Origin: Balanoglossus misakiensis | Lineage: Eukaryota > Animalia > Hemichordata | Direction: 5' to 3' | DNA: 64,000 bases | NCBI GenBank assembly: GCA_040954595.2 | Contig: CM082591.2 | Span: forward strand, 733,882-797,881 | Part shown: in pieces, positions 14,310 through 27,900 of the stretch | Layout of the letters: the number at the start of each line of letters is the position of its first letter | Position numbering within the stretch: position 1 is the stretch's first letter | Made by a program: the position numbers and the translations under genes | Notes under the pieces: generated by a model | What the model was told of the DNA's origin: nothing | Databases searched by the model: none | The model's input: only the letters and a program-made list of their open reading frames with translations

Positions 14310-15377
14310 CGGAATATGAAGTTGTAAATTTCTGCTACCTACAGAGACGTTCTTCTGTTTGACTAAGTTTGGAATACATTTGGCCTCGTATACTTCCATT
14401 TTACCGACGAGGACTTCGCGAAATATAAAATTGCCAATTCTAAATTTCAATGCTGCTTCCCCTACACAGAAAGTGAAATGACCCAGAACGAAAGGAAATG
14501 AGTGGTACACTGTGAATGACCGGGGGCACCGGTTTATTAACATATGAATGGGATTAAGGATGGCAATCCCAGCTCTATACATGTTGTTTTTCTACCTTTG
14601 TGTTGGTGATGATGTACATGCAGTGAGAAAATAGCGATCAGACCAAACAGCAGACAGGGGCGTCGTCGTTATGCACTGATTTTTTTGTAAATAGGCAGTA
14701 GGGGGCAAGTCAAACGTGGAACACGACGCTGATCCTGAGCCTGGTGTTAATCTCGAAGCAACGACCGTGTGCGACAGTCGTGTACAAGTGCAGACGACAA
14801 GGTGAGATTTGTTGTGCCAATATCTCCAGACATCTAATTTGTAGTTTGTTTGTTGTCAACTTAGCTCTTTATATCCGCCGTTTAAAAGGGGTATTAGCCA
14901 AACACTTGAAGTACTTTCCCCGACAATTGAAATACTTAACTGGCAAACTCTACCATGTCACAGTGGTCTATTGTTCGCCACCGTCTATATATATACTGGC
15001 CGAATGGCAGGTTTTTATAGTTGGGGGAAATTGTGACGAGGCGCCTCATATAGGCCTACTTTACACGGGCCATTCTTTCTAGTCAGGTTGATCTTATAAT
15101 TGGAAGTCGTAACAAGCGGACCACTTAAGAGTCCATTGGTTGTACAAACCAATTACGCATACCAATTGCAACAACCGGCGCGGTATATTGACAAGGGTTT
15201 ATTTGGTAACAGCCATGTCTGTCCCCACATGAACTCGTATTAAGCAATTTACGAATGATTTTTGCTGAGGTTGCCGCCGGTCTGTGTTTGTTTTTGACTC
15301 ATAAAACGTGTCGCCGAGTTTTGGCAGCCGGGTCAGGGAGGATAAGAGCCCGAACACGACGTGACACGCAAGTGTGG

Positions 15378-16139
15378 TCACTTTCCTTTGATGCACGAAT
15401 GCAAGTGATGTCTCCACGCTTGACTTGGTCTGAATAGTGTGTGGGGATTTTTGACACTTGTCAGTCTGGTCCGGCAACTGCTGCATCTATCCATGCATGA
15501 CAGATGTGAACAGCAATCCGTACATACACGGTACAAAATTCGACCACTTAAACAGCAATCTGAATGTATCACTATTTCACAAATTGAACGAATTGCTCCA
15601 GTAACACCTATTGACCAGATCAAAACATAGATCAGACACTTGTCGCCTGCTTGGTAACTGGTTTCATCTGACTGTAGTGAACGGTCACATCACCCTTTAT
15701 CCGGAGCTGGATCAGACAAATCTGTCGCACCTTTGGAAATTCATTCAGAGTTTGTCAACCCGCACATGTTCGTGTCGATTTACAACGCGTCCATTATTTA
15801 ACATAATCTCTCTACGCAGAGACTGTAGCTAAAGAAACTGGATGTTTGTCGGAAATGTAAAACATGCCCGATCCTACAATTTAAGGAAATCATATCCAAT
15901 AAACATATGATAGAATGACTTTTAATCATCTGTTTTGCGGATAAAACGACACCTACATTGGTTCTAGTGCAGAATGAGTAGAACTCTGATGCTTTCACCA
16001 AACGATGAAATATTCTATGATCCATTCCATGTTCGACGGTTTAGGGTTACTCGGGCCAATTGAACATTCGTTGGTGTTGCAGGCACGTTAACGTGTCCCA
16101 ATGATGACCAGATGGAGTGGTTGGTTGCTCAACCGGACA
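15378..16139 (-). pseudogene. Possible decayed intronless ORF with a C-terminal RING-finger-like Cys pattern
   Basis: ORFs 15798-16025 and 15378-15623 are in the same frame. Reading through about 6 stops gives ...DKCLIY...HSDCC...VCTDC...RCSSCRTRL. Confidence 0.3.
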
Positions 16140-17686
16140 TGGCTGATCTCACGACATATGTAAATCATATCCTTTCAATAGACATCTGACAGAGAGACGA
16201 TGGGGAAAAACACGTACAATATGGTCGAGTAACATAAATAAACTATTGTATTAACATATGGTGGCCTCGATGTAATCTCTTAAAATATCACTACATCCCA
16301 TTTTCTCGGCATGACTATAAATTCAACGGACAAAACCACCAAAATGACGGTCATTTAACGACAATTTTACTGCCAAATGTGCTATATACAATGTACCATT
16401 GTAGTATGTATCAATAGCGGAAACATATTGCGTTCACGTTCTCCCGAATCTGTGACTAACATATTGTACAATTTTAGAAAATCTACAACCAAATTACGAT
16501 GGATGGCAAGGTGTATTGTCATGATCCTTTCCATATGCATAGCAACACGCACGCGCGTTATAATCTTGTGGAAAATAATTAATTTTAACATGCACAGGTG
16601 GTTGCTACGTTCCACGTCACAGTAACAAACTGTTTGAGTGAAACTATTAAATATCATTCAAATTTGAAGATGAAACTATAATATAAGGCAAAATTGATTA
16701 TAAATGTTCGTGGAATCACCAGGTTGTTCGACTTTTTATGACAGACAGACAGACATCGGTAGGACAAATCCGACATAAAAATGCATCAATTAGTTTTTGC
16801 GACGTTTATGGACTCGCGATCAAGACGATACACGATCTCATTACTGATTTCATGAATAAATGAGATATCAGCTAATAAGTATGTTCAATAATGAATGCCT
16901 AGTTATAGATGAATAGCATCGATAGTAGCATCAAAGAATTATTAATCTTCTCAATCTGGATGTCATACAAACGTTTGTTCAGCAATATTAATCATTTAAT
17001 AGCTTCGACAGACAGATATCATCTAAAGGTGGAAATTGAAACTGAATCAGAAGAGCCTCTACAACCAAGAACCGATACACATTGTCAAACACTGACAACA
17101 GAAGTCCAAAAAATGGCAGAATGAGCAACCAGTCATATTCCCTGTTGCGAGTTCAGAAGTAAAGGACGCTTAATGACGTTAAATCACTCGTCCGTGATCT
17201 ACAATCCATTTAATGGATTATTCACACTGGGCAGTTCATCGTTATCAGTTCTTCCGTCATCGCGTTCAAGAAGATAACGTTCATATCTATATCAGTAGAG
17301 TGTTCCGAATTCCATTTAGATCTTGATGAGTTCATGCATATTTTAGAGGATTTTAGAATAACTTATCAATGTAAAAGTTTTAACCCTGCAGAAATCAGGG
17401 CTTAAGACAATACATAGGCCTACTTTTGGGGGGTTTGGGACTTAGATACTAGTACATGTAATTGACAGACACATTACGGATTTCCTGAAATGGTGTTTTT
17501 ATATCACATCGCAGTGAAAGCACTCTTCTGATTATTTCGTTACAGACTGCAACTGTCGTCGTAACGGAAATTGGTATCACTGGCAATGCTGTAAGCGTAG
17601 CATTATGCCATCAAGACGGAAGTGGCGAGGTTACTGGCGGAAGTGACGTAGTCAACCATAGAAGTGACGTGGTGACACTCGTTGAA

Positions 17687-20600
17687 ATGCGGAAACGTCG
17701 ACGTAGAGGGCCGTGCTTCATCGTCAGGACGTGCATATTAATGATGCTGTCGTTTACTTTTCTCTTGTATTTCACATCAAACACGGGTTATGAAGGAGAG
17801 AAGGGAATTTATGACTCGGAAGAATGGAACGAGTACTTCAGAAGGGTGCAACAGATCACAAAGCGACCGTCTCCAGAGATTTTAGAGAAACTAAAGGAAG
17901 GAATGTCCAGACTGGGCACCAACCATGAACAAGTACCCTACTTCAAGTTTGCAGAAAGCAAAATAAGGAAAATGGTCAGAAATCAAACCACCGACGACGG
18001 GAGAGGAGTACAGGGCTTTTTGAAAACCTATAAAAATGAAGAAATTTCGAGAAAACGCAAGCATAAGCAAAATGAGGATCTGTTTTCAAAGGATAGAAAG
18101 AGACACGACGGTAATGGACAAGGAACGAAACAAAACGAAAGTAAAACAGATGGTATATTACCCAGCGATGAGGGCGCTCACCAAATTAATCTGGAGAGTG
18201 ATAAAATTGTACAAAGCAATATTTTGCCGCAAAAATATGTTACCAGATACGAGACTTTGGAAAAATTGGGAGTTAGTGATGAAGATGTCAGAGAAGTTTA
18301 CGAAATTGCCGCCAATCAAAACAGGCAATACTTGCAATTGGATAAAAGAACGTTTCCATCTGCAACGCAAGATGTTGGCAATCCTGCTGAAATCTTGAAT
18401 GAAGACGGTGCCTTGACTGGTGCCCTCAAACGGACGAAGAAGTCTGTTGAAGAAGCACCGTCTCACAGAATTTCACGTGTAGACACAGCAGACGATGATT
18501 TTAATAACATTTCTGCAAGACTGCAGAAGTTAGTGTCCAGTGATTTTGAAAACATCAAGTTACACTCCTCACCAATGCTGGGAATTGATCAGCTCGTCAT
18601 TGATGACAGACTATTTTGGTCGGACTTTGTTGAAGCTCATTTACAAACAGGTAAAGAACGTGGTAAATTTAATGCCGCAACTGAACATTACATATATTAA
18701 TTTACTTTTTCAGTTGTTCGTCTATTTGTTTGTTTAGACTGTGAGATTTATGTAGTTTTGCAAACAAGAACAACCTGTGGTAAATCGCCACAAAGAACAA
18801 GGAGGCAACGTAGGCCCAGAATACAGTCTTCCTCATAGATTTCCAGAATATCCAGACTCAACATTCTTTTTCCAGGCTTGAGCGATGACGACATTTCTGA
18901 ATGGTCGTATAAAGCACGCCACCAAGTGGTGACCGAGATGAAATCTCCCGATTGGAAGACGTGTGGGAGGCCAAAGAATCAGCTGGTTATTATGAAGGAT
19001 GGGAGCAGAATGTGCGCCAGATACAGACACCCACATAATGAACTCGTCCAAGGTACAAAGCCTGAGACGCTGCATCTCAAACTTATATTTTACCAGTATA
19101 TAATTGTGATCAAATTCAGCGTGCAAACTCCCCGTCATGATGGTCGTGAAAGATTAAAATATCATAACAAAAATAGCCAACTTACCAGCAAGCATAGTAA
19201 ACACGTCGTCTGAATTTATAGTCGAAGTATATCGGGTTCTGGTGATCCATTGAAAACATCTCACACGCCATGTTGGGTGACCGCGTGTTGAGTCAAGCTC
19301 TGCCGTTTTCTAGAAAATTTCAAGTAACAAGCGGCAGGAAAATTCAATTAACATGATGTACCAAAACTCTGGATTGTTTCAAAAACAATATTCTGTATGG
19401 TTATATTAAATATGAGGATGAAAGAACGATGGCTGGGGACAAAACGTCCTCCCATCCTTCGTTGTGCTCCTACCTCGTGCTTGGTCAGCGTCAAGATGTA
19501 CACGAGGCACGCTGAAATTGCAACAGTTTGCATTGTTATGTAAATTATTTCTCCTGCGTACGTGACAGTATGTCGTGAACTCAGACGCCACGAAATATAT
19601 TTCTCCTTCCTTAGATATTATAATTTAAATGTACAGACCTACATTAACATCCATATTTTTCAAGCAATAAATAATCCCATGTCTTAATTAGTTTAGAATA
19701 TTGTCGAAAAGATGAAAAACACTCTCCTACAGAAAATATCACAAGCTGAAAAAGGGAAAAATAAGCAGAGAATAACATGAATGATGTGTCTCTTTCAGGG
19801 GAGATCTACTCATTCTATCTGGCATCATTACTTGGTATACGCCACGTGCCGGCTGTCGTTCTGTCCATGGTGAATTCCACATCACCACAGTGGCACAGAC
19901 AGACACAGAGAATCAAAGAAGCGAAATGGGAAGAAGGGACACTTGTAGCACTGACACAGTGGATACATAATCTCGACAGGTGAGTTGCTGAGAAGGATAT
20001 GATGGGTATTGATTTATCTTCATTTTTTCTATACACTGATAGCTGAACTAGTGTATGTATGTTAATAACGATTTTGTTTGTTTGTTTTGAAATTGAAGGG
20101 GAAGGCTGCCGAGGATCTTCCGTCAGGACTCGGAGATTCTTTCATCCAAAAATAAGATGCTGCAGGAACTCAGTATTCAGGAAATTCTCGAAATAATGCA
20201 GTGGACAGATCTGATTATTTTTGATTATATTACAGGAAATTATGACAGGTGAGGTATACCAATTAATTAAGGAAAGTGTGTCCAACTTGACAGTGTCAAA
20301 AATTGTTCAGTATTTAACTACTTCATCCAATGACTGAAGCGACAAACGTGTGCGCACACATACCCGCCAATATGGCGGACAGGTGGCCATTTTGGATTGT
20401 TGTCGACTGTCTATAGCTAAACTTTGTGACTATTTCATGACCATTTATTTTCTCAGGATCGCTAGCAACCAAGACGCTGCTGAGAAAGAAGACAACCCGG
20501 AAATTATGTCGGACAATATTCACAATTTAAGAAAAGATAAACAAACGAACACAATATGGTTCATAGACAATGAGAGTGGCTTCTTCGACGGTTATGAACT

Positions 20601-20886
20601 CATGCGAAACCCCATGCAAAGCCACGAGGCCAAGCGATTCGTATTTTTCCACAGACAAATGCTGGATTCCATTTGTATATTTCGCAAGTCAACTGTTGCG
20701 AATTTGGAAAAGTTGCATTTCCATGGAAACCCAGCTGAGGTTTTACGGTCAGAAGTTAGAAAACAGGAGCCGTTATCAAAATTTCTTCCAAAGATCCCAA
20801 AGAAATTAAAATTCGACCAAACGATGAAACGGAGGATAGCCGACGTGTATAGAAGGGTGCAATTCTGCAAACACAGATTCACATAG
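17687..20886 (+). CDS. FJX1: Four-jointed box protein (Golgi secretory-pathway kinase, FAM20/Fj family), 633 aa
   Basis: Exons 17687-18650, 18876-19052, 19799-19979, 20099-20248, 20457-20886 (1902 nt, phases compatible, GT-AG). Type II TM after basic RKRRRR. Motifs CGRPKNQL...DGSRMCARYR, QGEIYSFYLASLLGI, QWTDLIIFDYITGNYDR, HNL and FIDNESG (the Four-jointed DNE motif). Confidence 0.92.
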
Positions 20887-22073
20887 ATTTATCAATTATG
20901 GGTGGGTCAGAAGTTTTCAAAACTCATACAAATACTGGAAACACAAATATATACCCTTTTCATTAGTCTAGCGCCCTCAGGCAGCCATCATGAATGCGAA
21001 CTCAAAGCTTTTGGGGGATGTGATCGATTAATCAACTTCCCACATTGGCCTCGCTGTGAGTTAAAATTCATAATGTTTTTTTAGGGTGCTAGACTTATGG
21101 AAATGTTGTACATGAATTGGGGAGATGACATTTAGTTGTATTTATTTCTCATTGGAGAAAAGGAATAAAGTGCAATATGCAAACAGATTTCAACTCAATA
21201 ATTGCTTTTAGACATAATATGAATGACACGTGGTTACCAGTTTCCATTAACTGCGCATGCCTCTGTTATCTAAGCGTATACATATTTATTCTACAAACTG
21301 TGGGTCAACAACAATTTACTAAACAAAACCCATTGGGATTTCAATTGTCACAGGGGAGAAGGCTCATTTGTTAGCACCTGAACACAAACTCCACGTCGTT
21401 TTCAATTTGGCTCTTATATCAACAATAACAGCAACATCTAAAAACATTGTATGAGATGAAGCAAATCTAAACTACATATAAAGAGCTTAGACATTCTACA
21501 GCTTTCCATTTGTGCATAAATAAACAAGAGCCTGCCCTACCAAAGCAAACTAAATGCTTCTCTAAAGAACAGATGTTTCCAAATAAATTAAAAGCTTATA
21601 TACCACCAGTTATAATAAAATAAATGTATTCAATACGCCCTGTAGAACGGTATCATGACCAAACGGATAGTTAAAAGCAATTGCACTGATTCATAAAGCA
21701 AAATTCAATGGATAAGTGCTAGCTAGTTACAGATTATATTCATTTCGTCTTTATAGTTACAACATTAAAATTAATTAAAATATTGTGTGCCATTGGATAC
21801 ATGGCTGAAACTTTGATTTAAATGTTTTCTGCGAAAATTTAACGTAATGTACGAAACACGTATATCCTAAGCTTAGGGAATTACGAGTTACGGACAATAA
21901 CGTTCCGCACCTGTTTAGTTGAATTGTTTGCGACCGGCTTATTACGTATTTATGAAGAGACGAGATCCAATAGGGCGCCAGCAACCTGAATAAACCTATC
22001 CCACGTGAGTTGCTTTTCTCGTTGCTGATAATTGCATACCCTCTTCCACACATCACTAGATTTAACGAAAGCC

Positions 22074-24047
22074 ATGCAGTTTCCAAAACTCAACAACAGA
22101 TCGTTTTTTACTGCTTTCTTCTGCACACTCATCGTAGCTACAAGCTCGTTTCTAACGCTATGGTACTTCGACTACTTGACCATAGACATTTATGATGTGT
22201 CTTCATTTATGTCTATGGAGCGTTTTGGACAACGGAATAATTCCTTTCCCACCAACGTCACAGAACGGGACAACAGTACACTCTCTCTGGTGGGCGGAGA
22301 TATGCTCCAAGAACCGACCAAGTCAAAACCCCATACTAACAAATCAGCCCCCTCTCACCATGTCATCAATGAGGAACGTTCATCATCTCAAACAACAACA
22401 AAAGTAAGTGTTAACAGTGTCAGACCTCAACGATACCTGTTACCAATTGAATACTTCAACAGCGGACCGAACTATCTCTATAATCTTTACAAATGTGCTA
22501 TAGTTATGGCGATGTATCAGCAGAGAGCAATCGTGGAGTTACCATTTCCCAGACACTATGGACAACATAACGTTTCCATGAGACAAAAGAACCTGAGGAT
22601 GTTCCATGAGACATTTGATGTGGAAGAACTGAACCGTGTGGCCGCTACTGTCTCCTTGGAAACTTTCAAAAAACGCTGCAATAATTCAGTGGATGCTGTT
22701 CTCATGTTTCCGTACAGGATATCAGATGCAAAACACGTTTTTGAAAACTACGAATTACATCGGGAATTGTTTGAATCGCTTCACGGAATTTCTCTTCCTA
22801 AAGGAAGTGAAGTTCCAACTGAGACAATTTTGTATAGTGACGGTTCTGGCGCTCCAAGCAACCACATGAAATGCCTGGGTATGTTCAGTTTGCTCTCCTT
22901 CAAAAATATTAATTTACCAGATCAGAACAACATAACTGCGAGAATGGTGTCTCACTTCAAGAGGTCAAAGAAGATACGCGAAACAGCAACACAAATAATG
23001 GAAAAATTGTGTAATAAGGACAAATTCATTGCGATACATTGGAGGAACAAATCTGGAGAAGGGTAAGTGAGAAAAAAATTCTCTGAATTACGAAATGATC
23101 GGCATGCATGATCAACATTTGTTCCCATATAGGGTTGTTTCCTGATCCAAGTGTCGATAACGATATTATTTGTCCCTTCACCAGATGCAGACCAAATCGC
23201 CCTGGTCGTTGTCATGACAGCGTCCGGGCATTCAATGAAAATGCGAAGAATATTATTCCGGATATCAAAGTGTTGATGTCCGAACACGATCTCAACTGTG
23301 CCTACGTGGCTCATGATACATACTCATCGGTAAGTACTGTAACATCTGGCAAATTTGACACAAATTGCCTTCAGCTCGATCAGTCGCCTTTCCCTTTTTT
23401 CAAACTTAATATACCGTTTCATTTTGATAACTCAATGGTCCATCCATCCATCCATCCTTCCACCTATCTCCCCACGTATCTATCTACCATAGAACTTAAT
23501 ATTTGTTTGTTTGTTTGTTTGTTTTAAGGAAATCGTAAATATTCTAAAACGAGGAGGGGTTAAAGTTTATGGCCAAGATTCCATACGAATTGACAATGAA
23601 CAGATGAATATGTTTGGTGACAGTTACTTCATGTCGCTTCTAGAACAAGAAATCTGTCTGCGTAAGTCTTGTCTAATTTAGTCACATTGGAGAAATCTTG
23701 ATTGTAGGCAACTGTTGCTCCCACTGACAATCTGTGATTTTCTGTATCTCTGATGATATACATGCGAGTTGACCAATGAATGCACATGTGGGTAGATCAT
23801 TGCATAACTGTTTCCCCGGAACAAATATCACCTGTGAGCGAGTGCGCAAATATTTTGCACCTGTAAGAGTGCCCTTAATATCTGACTGATAGACATCTGG
23901 TGTATTCTTTTCTCCCAAACAGAATCAGCATTATTCCTGAAAACAACCAATTCGAATTGGTCATCATTTGTATGGGCGACAAGACAGGGAGACAACTTAC
24001 CCCAACTTCCATTGGAAAAGCTGCCGAGCTGGCATCCTGTTTCCTAA
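22074..24047 (+). CDS. GDP-fucose protein O-fucosyltransferase-like (O-FucT/POFUT-type GT-B), type II membrane protein, 463 aa
   Basis: Exons 22074-23062, 23185-23329, 23529-23661, 23923-24047 (1392 nt, phases compatible). N-terminal TM, then a Ser/Thr stem with N-glycan sequons. Motifs GPN, FIAIHWR, AYVA and SLLEQEICLQSALFLKTTNSNWS, matching the O-FucT motif set. Confidence 0.8.
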
Positions 24048-26005
24048 AGGAAAACAATTATGCCAAACGTTATTAACCTACATGTACATAGCGTGCATTC
24101 ACAAAGTTTTCGAGAATTATGGTACTGGGCGCTGTCGTGGTTTCGTCGGGATGCACAGATGTCGCCATGTCGCACACACCGCATTCACGTTTTATAGCAT
24201 GTTTTTTTTTTTTTTGCAAGTAAGGCAGATGTTGCTGCCAGATATCATCGCATGTCAAATGGTATTATTTTCAGATGCTACCAATTTTTTTGTCTGCCAG
24301 CACCTGGATTTGGTAAATTCACTACTCAGCTGTTCTTTACGCAAAATTTTACCATTTTTAATTTGCAGATTTCAACCTTGCAACTGCATGTTATCCGAGT
24401 CCGAAAGAATGATTTTGCTCAATAAAAGTTTATGGCACATGTCTGTGACATGTGATCACTATCTATGGTAAGGGGTTATTTTCACAGTTGGTGTGTCTAT
24501 TCTGTTGAAGTTTAGTTCAGGTACACGTCAGGATTCACCCTGTGTCTCAGAATTGGACATGGTATTTGTCTGGTATTTTTATATCACTTTAGTGTCATGT
24601 AACAAGGTATATCATTCTGCATATACTAAATCACAAAGTTTAGGACCACTCGCAAAAAGATGCAGTAAAAAGGCAATTAATTAAAACAATTTAGTCTGAT
24701 ATCAAAGCAATGTATTAAGTATTCTTGTAGAAGGTATCCCGATGAATGAAACTTTTTCCTAAAGGACACTGTTTATTTCAGATGTCTGATTACAATACAT
24801 GTATGGTAAATTGATAACAATACTACATAACATATACTTTACTGGTAAATAAAAATACTGGTAAATAAAAAAACAAACGACAAAAAAAAACAAAAAACAT
24901 TTTATACCCTTCACAACCACTGAATTACACCCATTTAAGGACTTAAAGTTCAGTTAGGAACCACTGAAACAGAAATTACTACAATACCCAACCATTTAAA
25001 AACATAAATAGCAAAAAAAAAAACGGACAGACAAAAAATGTTGCAAATGTAGTAAGTGTTGTTAACACTCTGTCTTCAATACTACTCTACCTTTGTCAAA
25101 AATTGCTCGCAAAAAGTTTAGTTAGAATGATTTTAGATCCCAACTTGTTTTAAAACATGTGAATTAATAATCTTAATTGATTGTTTCCTGAAAGACAAAA
25201 ATACGCCATCCTCTTTGCAATATATTAAATGGACATGTCTGTGATATGACGACAGTTCTATTAAAAAGAACTTGTTTTCCACATAATCATTGATGACAAA
25301 TCAATCCAATGTTACCCTACTACAAAGCTGCCCCATTTGAAAAACAAAACAAAACTATGTGGTAAAAAGCTTAAAGGGATTATCAAAACAATCTACAAAA
25401 GATGCAAAAGAGCGAATGTACGTACATACAATAATTTAAAATGCATCAAAGACTTGGAAAACATTTTAAAAGCTTCCTGTATTTGTGTAACAAAGGAGAA
25501 GACATAGACAACAGCTGTGATGAAGCTCAACAATGTAACTGTCATGACCTTGTGGTACATCTGTGAGCTGAATAACCTGGTGATCTTTTTGCATACAATA
25601 TCATCACATATACTAGTACTGTCATAAGATGGTCGTTCTGTACATTTTTGGATTTGGGTTGGAAATAATATCCATGGGGAAGAGGGCTGCAAGTACATGT
25701 ATATGTCAAAGTGTAAGACACCTTCGTTTGTGGGCGTGGGCAAGGTTTGAGGTCGTGTGCAATTAGTTGTGGTTGTCATACACAGTAAGAAAACCATTCA
25801 CAGATGTATTCCACTGAGGTTGGTCTGTTAATCTGGCACAATTTACTAGTGAAGCCAGTTTCAGTGTACAAGAAGTTAGACAGCACTGAAGAGAATCTTC
25901 CGAGTCCCAATCCTCACATATTGCAAAGTAGACTGACCCAACCTTTGTTACATTGGTCCAAACCACTGAATTGTAGGTGTTGACCTGCACCTACAAGAGG
26001 ATGGG

Positions 26006-27432
26006 CTATTGCCACCTCATCCTGAAAATTGCAGCAATAAGACAAGACACAGACAGAGCACATAAACCATAGAACTGCCAAGCTGGTGATCCTAGATACT
26101 CCACAATGGCTCCCTGCAAAACAAGACAAATTGAATGTTGTCACTCATATTTCATCAACATTACAATTTTCTACTTGCCTGTCTCAGTGATACAGAGATT
26201 TTATCCCATCACAATTGACAATATAGTTGCAATCTTTATTGCAAAGAGCGCCAGAGTGGAGCTCCCTCTTGTGACAATAATGGAAGTTAAATGAAAAGGC
26301 CAACACATGAGGGCGCACATCATGACTGCCTCAGCAAAGCTTGACCAATCCTCTTACCCATCCTCCTCTGCTGATAATCCAAGCTGCAAACACTTCAACC
26401 AAGAACTTCACAATCTCCTTAATGAGTCGTCGGACCCAGGCAGGTAGGTACTCAGCCATTACATTGTCAACCGCCTGAAAAGGGGATAACAACTCTCTGA
26501 AATGAATATTTCACATGAATATCTCAAACCCAGGATCCTCCCATCATCATTAAATGTGAGTCCACTGGACTATGATGCCCTCTATTCAAAATTAAAACCT
26601 ATGGTCGACTTTAAGGTGTAAATGGTGATGATATGCATGTTGTATAAGAGAATACGCACCCTGGCTGCCATTCTGTATGCAAAGTAGAAAAGGGCAACGA
26701 TTCGTCCCCAGTTGATGATGCCATCATCGAAGATCACCCTGGCAACAGCAATGACAGCATCTACTGTGGTGTTGGTGGGTACTCTTTCAATCATTCTGTG
26801 AACACAGAAGGACATACATGTAAGAAACGAAACATGGAAATCACATAGAAATAAACCTTGTAACAGCCTTTAAAGGAAAAGGAAAGCCTTGTGATTACAA
26901 GGGAGTGAAAATTGTTAGAGTGAAAAATATGTGTTCTAAGACTCTTCCTGTTACCTTTGCAGCTCATAATCTTGGTCCATTTCATCAGCAATCACTCTGA
27001 GAGTTGCTCCTACTTGCTGCCAATTCTCAATCATAGCCATCTCCCCAGCACCTCCACCATTATCATCATTCTCTTGTAATTCTTCCCTTCGTGGCGCATT
27101 GCCGATTCCGTCGCGGTTGAATCGCTCCACAATAAAATCCAAGAGAAGACGACTCGCCTGTGCCCCGATATCATCTTCCTGACTTTGTTGTCTGTCAATG
27201 CCTCCAAAAGCTCCTGCAGTAAGAATATACATACAAGATTGACCCTTTCACCCCTATTTCTCTCTACACAAATGTAGAGGTCCCACTTTACCATAGAAAA
27301 CTATGTATTTGGACCAAACCATGGTGGTAGAAGGGTTAAGCTAGCCACAATTCAAGCAGCCATCTGATCACACACACACACATTACCTTCCTCTGCATTA
27401 GGAGGATCATCTGATGGACCACCTTCTGCCAT
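26006..27432 (-). CDS. BAX: Apoptosis regulator Bax (Bcl-2 family pro-apoptotic effector), 221 aa
   Basis: Exons 27432-27387, 27213-26955, 26795-26660, 26474-26358, 26113-26006 (666 nt). BH3 LRVIADEMD; BH1 IFDDGIINWGRIVALFYF; BH2 WIISRGGW; C-terminal GAIVEYLGSPAWQ plus TM anchor, like Bax DGLLSYFGTPTWQ. Confidence 0.93.
27239..27339 (+). mobile_element. piggyBac-type MITE (~95 bp) in a Bax intron
   Basis: TTGA-CCCTTTCACC...GGTAGAAGGG-TTAA with internal CCATAGAAAAC-ATG-ATTTGGACCAAACCATGGTGG shared with the other copies. Confidence 0.65.
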
Positions 27433-27688
27433 TGTCTGAAAAGCATAGTCACAATTATGAAACAAAGTATTTTTTTACAATACGAAATATCTTTCCACAA
27501 AATACTATTATCAATATTGCACTTGTATATAATCAGATCATCACTGAGACAGCACAAACACAAATAATACAACAATACGTGTACGTTAGTCAGTTTCATT
27601 CATTCATTGCAGACAAAGGTCAATTAAAAATTCTTGGTGAAAGAATAAATAAATACCTGTTCAAACTTATTTAAATCGACAAACGCAC

Positions 27689-27900
27689 CTTGTGCTGAGA
27701 GACTGTATATCTAGGACGGATCTACGATTGAAATACAGAACTTTCTTTTTCAAATATGCACTTTCTCCCAGTAATTCTTTAAGGAATACAGTAGTGATGC
27801 TGTAACACGCGTTCGTATGGTGTTATTATTCTCGAAACCGGATGTTTCTATGACGAAAAATTACTCACCGATTGCCTGAGCTGCGCTATCTGACAGCTGA
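27689..27900 (-). other. Candidate non-coding 5' exon donors of Bax
   Basis: Acceptor TTTCAG lies 3 nt upstream of the Bax ATG. Minus-strand donors AAG|GTGCGT (exon edge 27689) and CG|GTGAGT (exon edge 27869). Confidence 0.4.

Noticed and set aside
5258-14582. ORFs with HSFI/HTYI, ERER/LSLS and poly-Ile runs
   Set aside because: They are microsatellite translations.
15840-15900. CRKCKTCP on the plus strand suggesting a Penelope GIY-YIG zinc knuckle
   Set aside because: The following GIY-YIG motifs and reverse transcriptase are absent, and the frame closes quickly.
23968-24471. 167-aa ORF overlapping the O-FucT-like last exon and 3' UTR
   Set aside because: Alternative-frame ORF crossing a poly-T run with non-protein-like composition.
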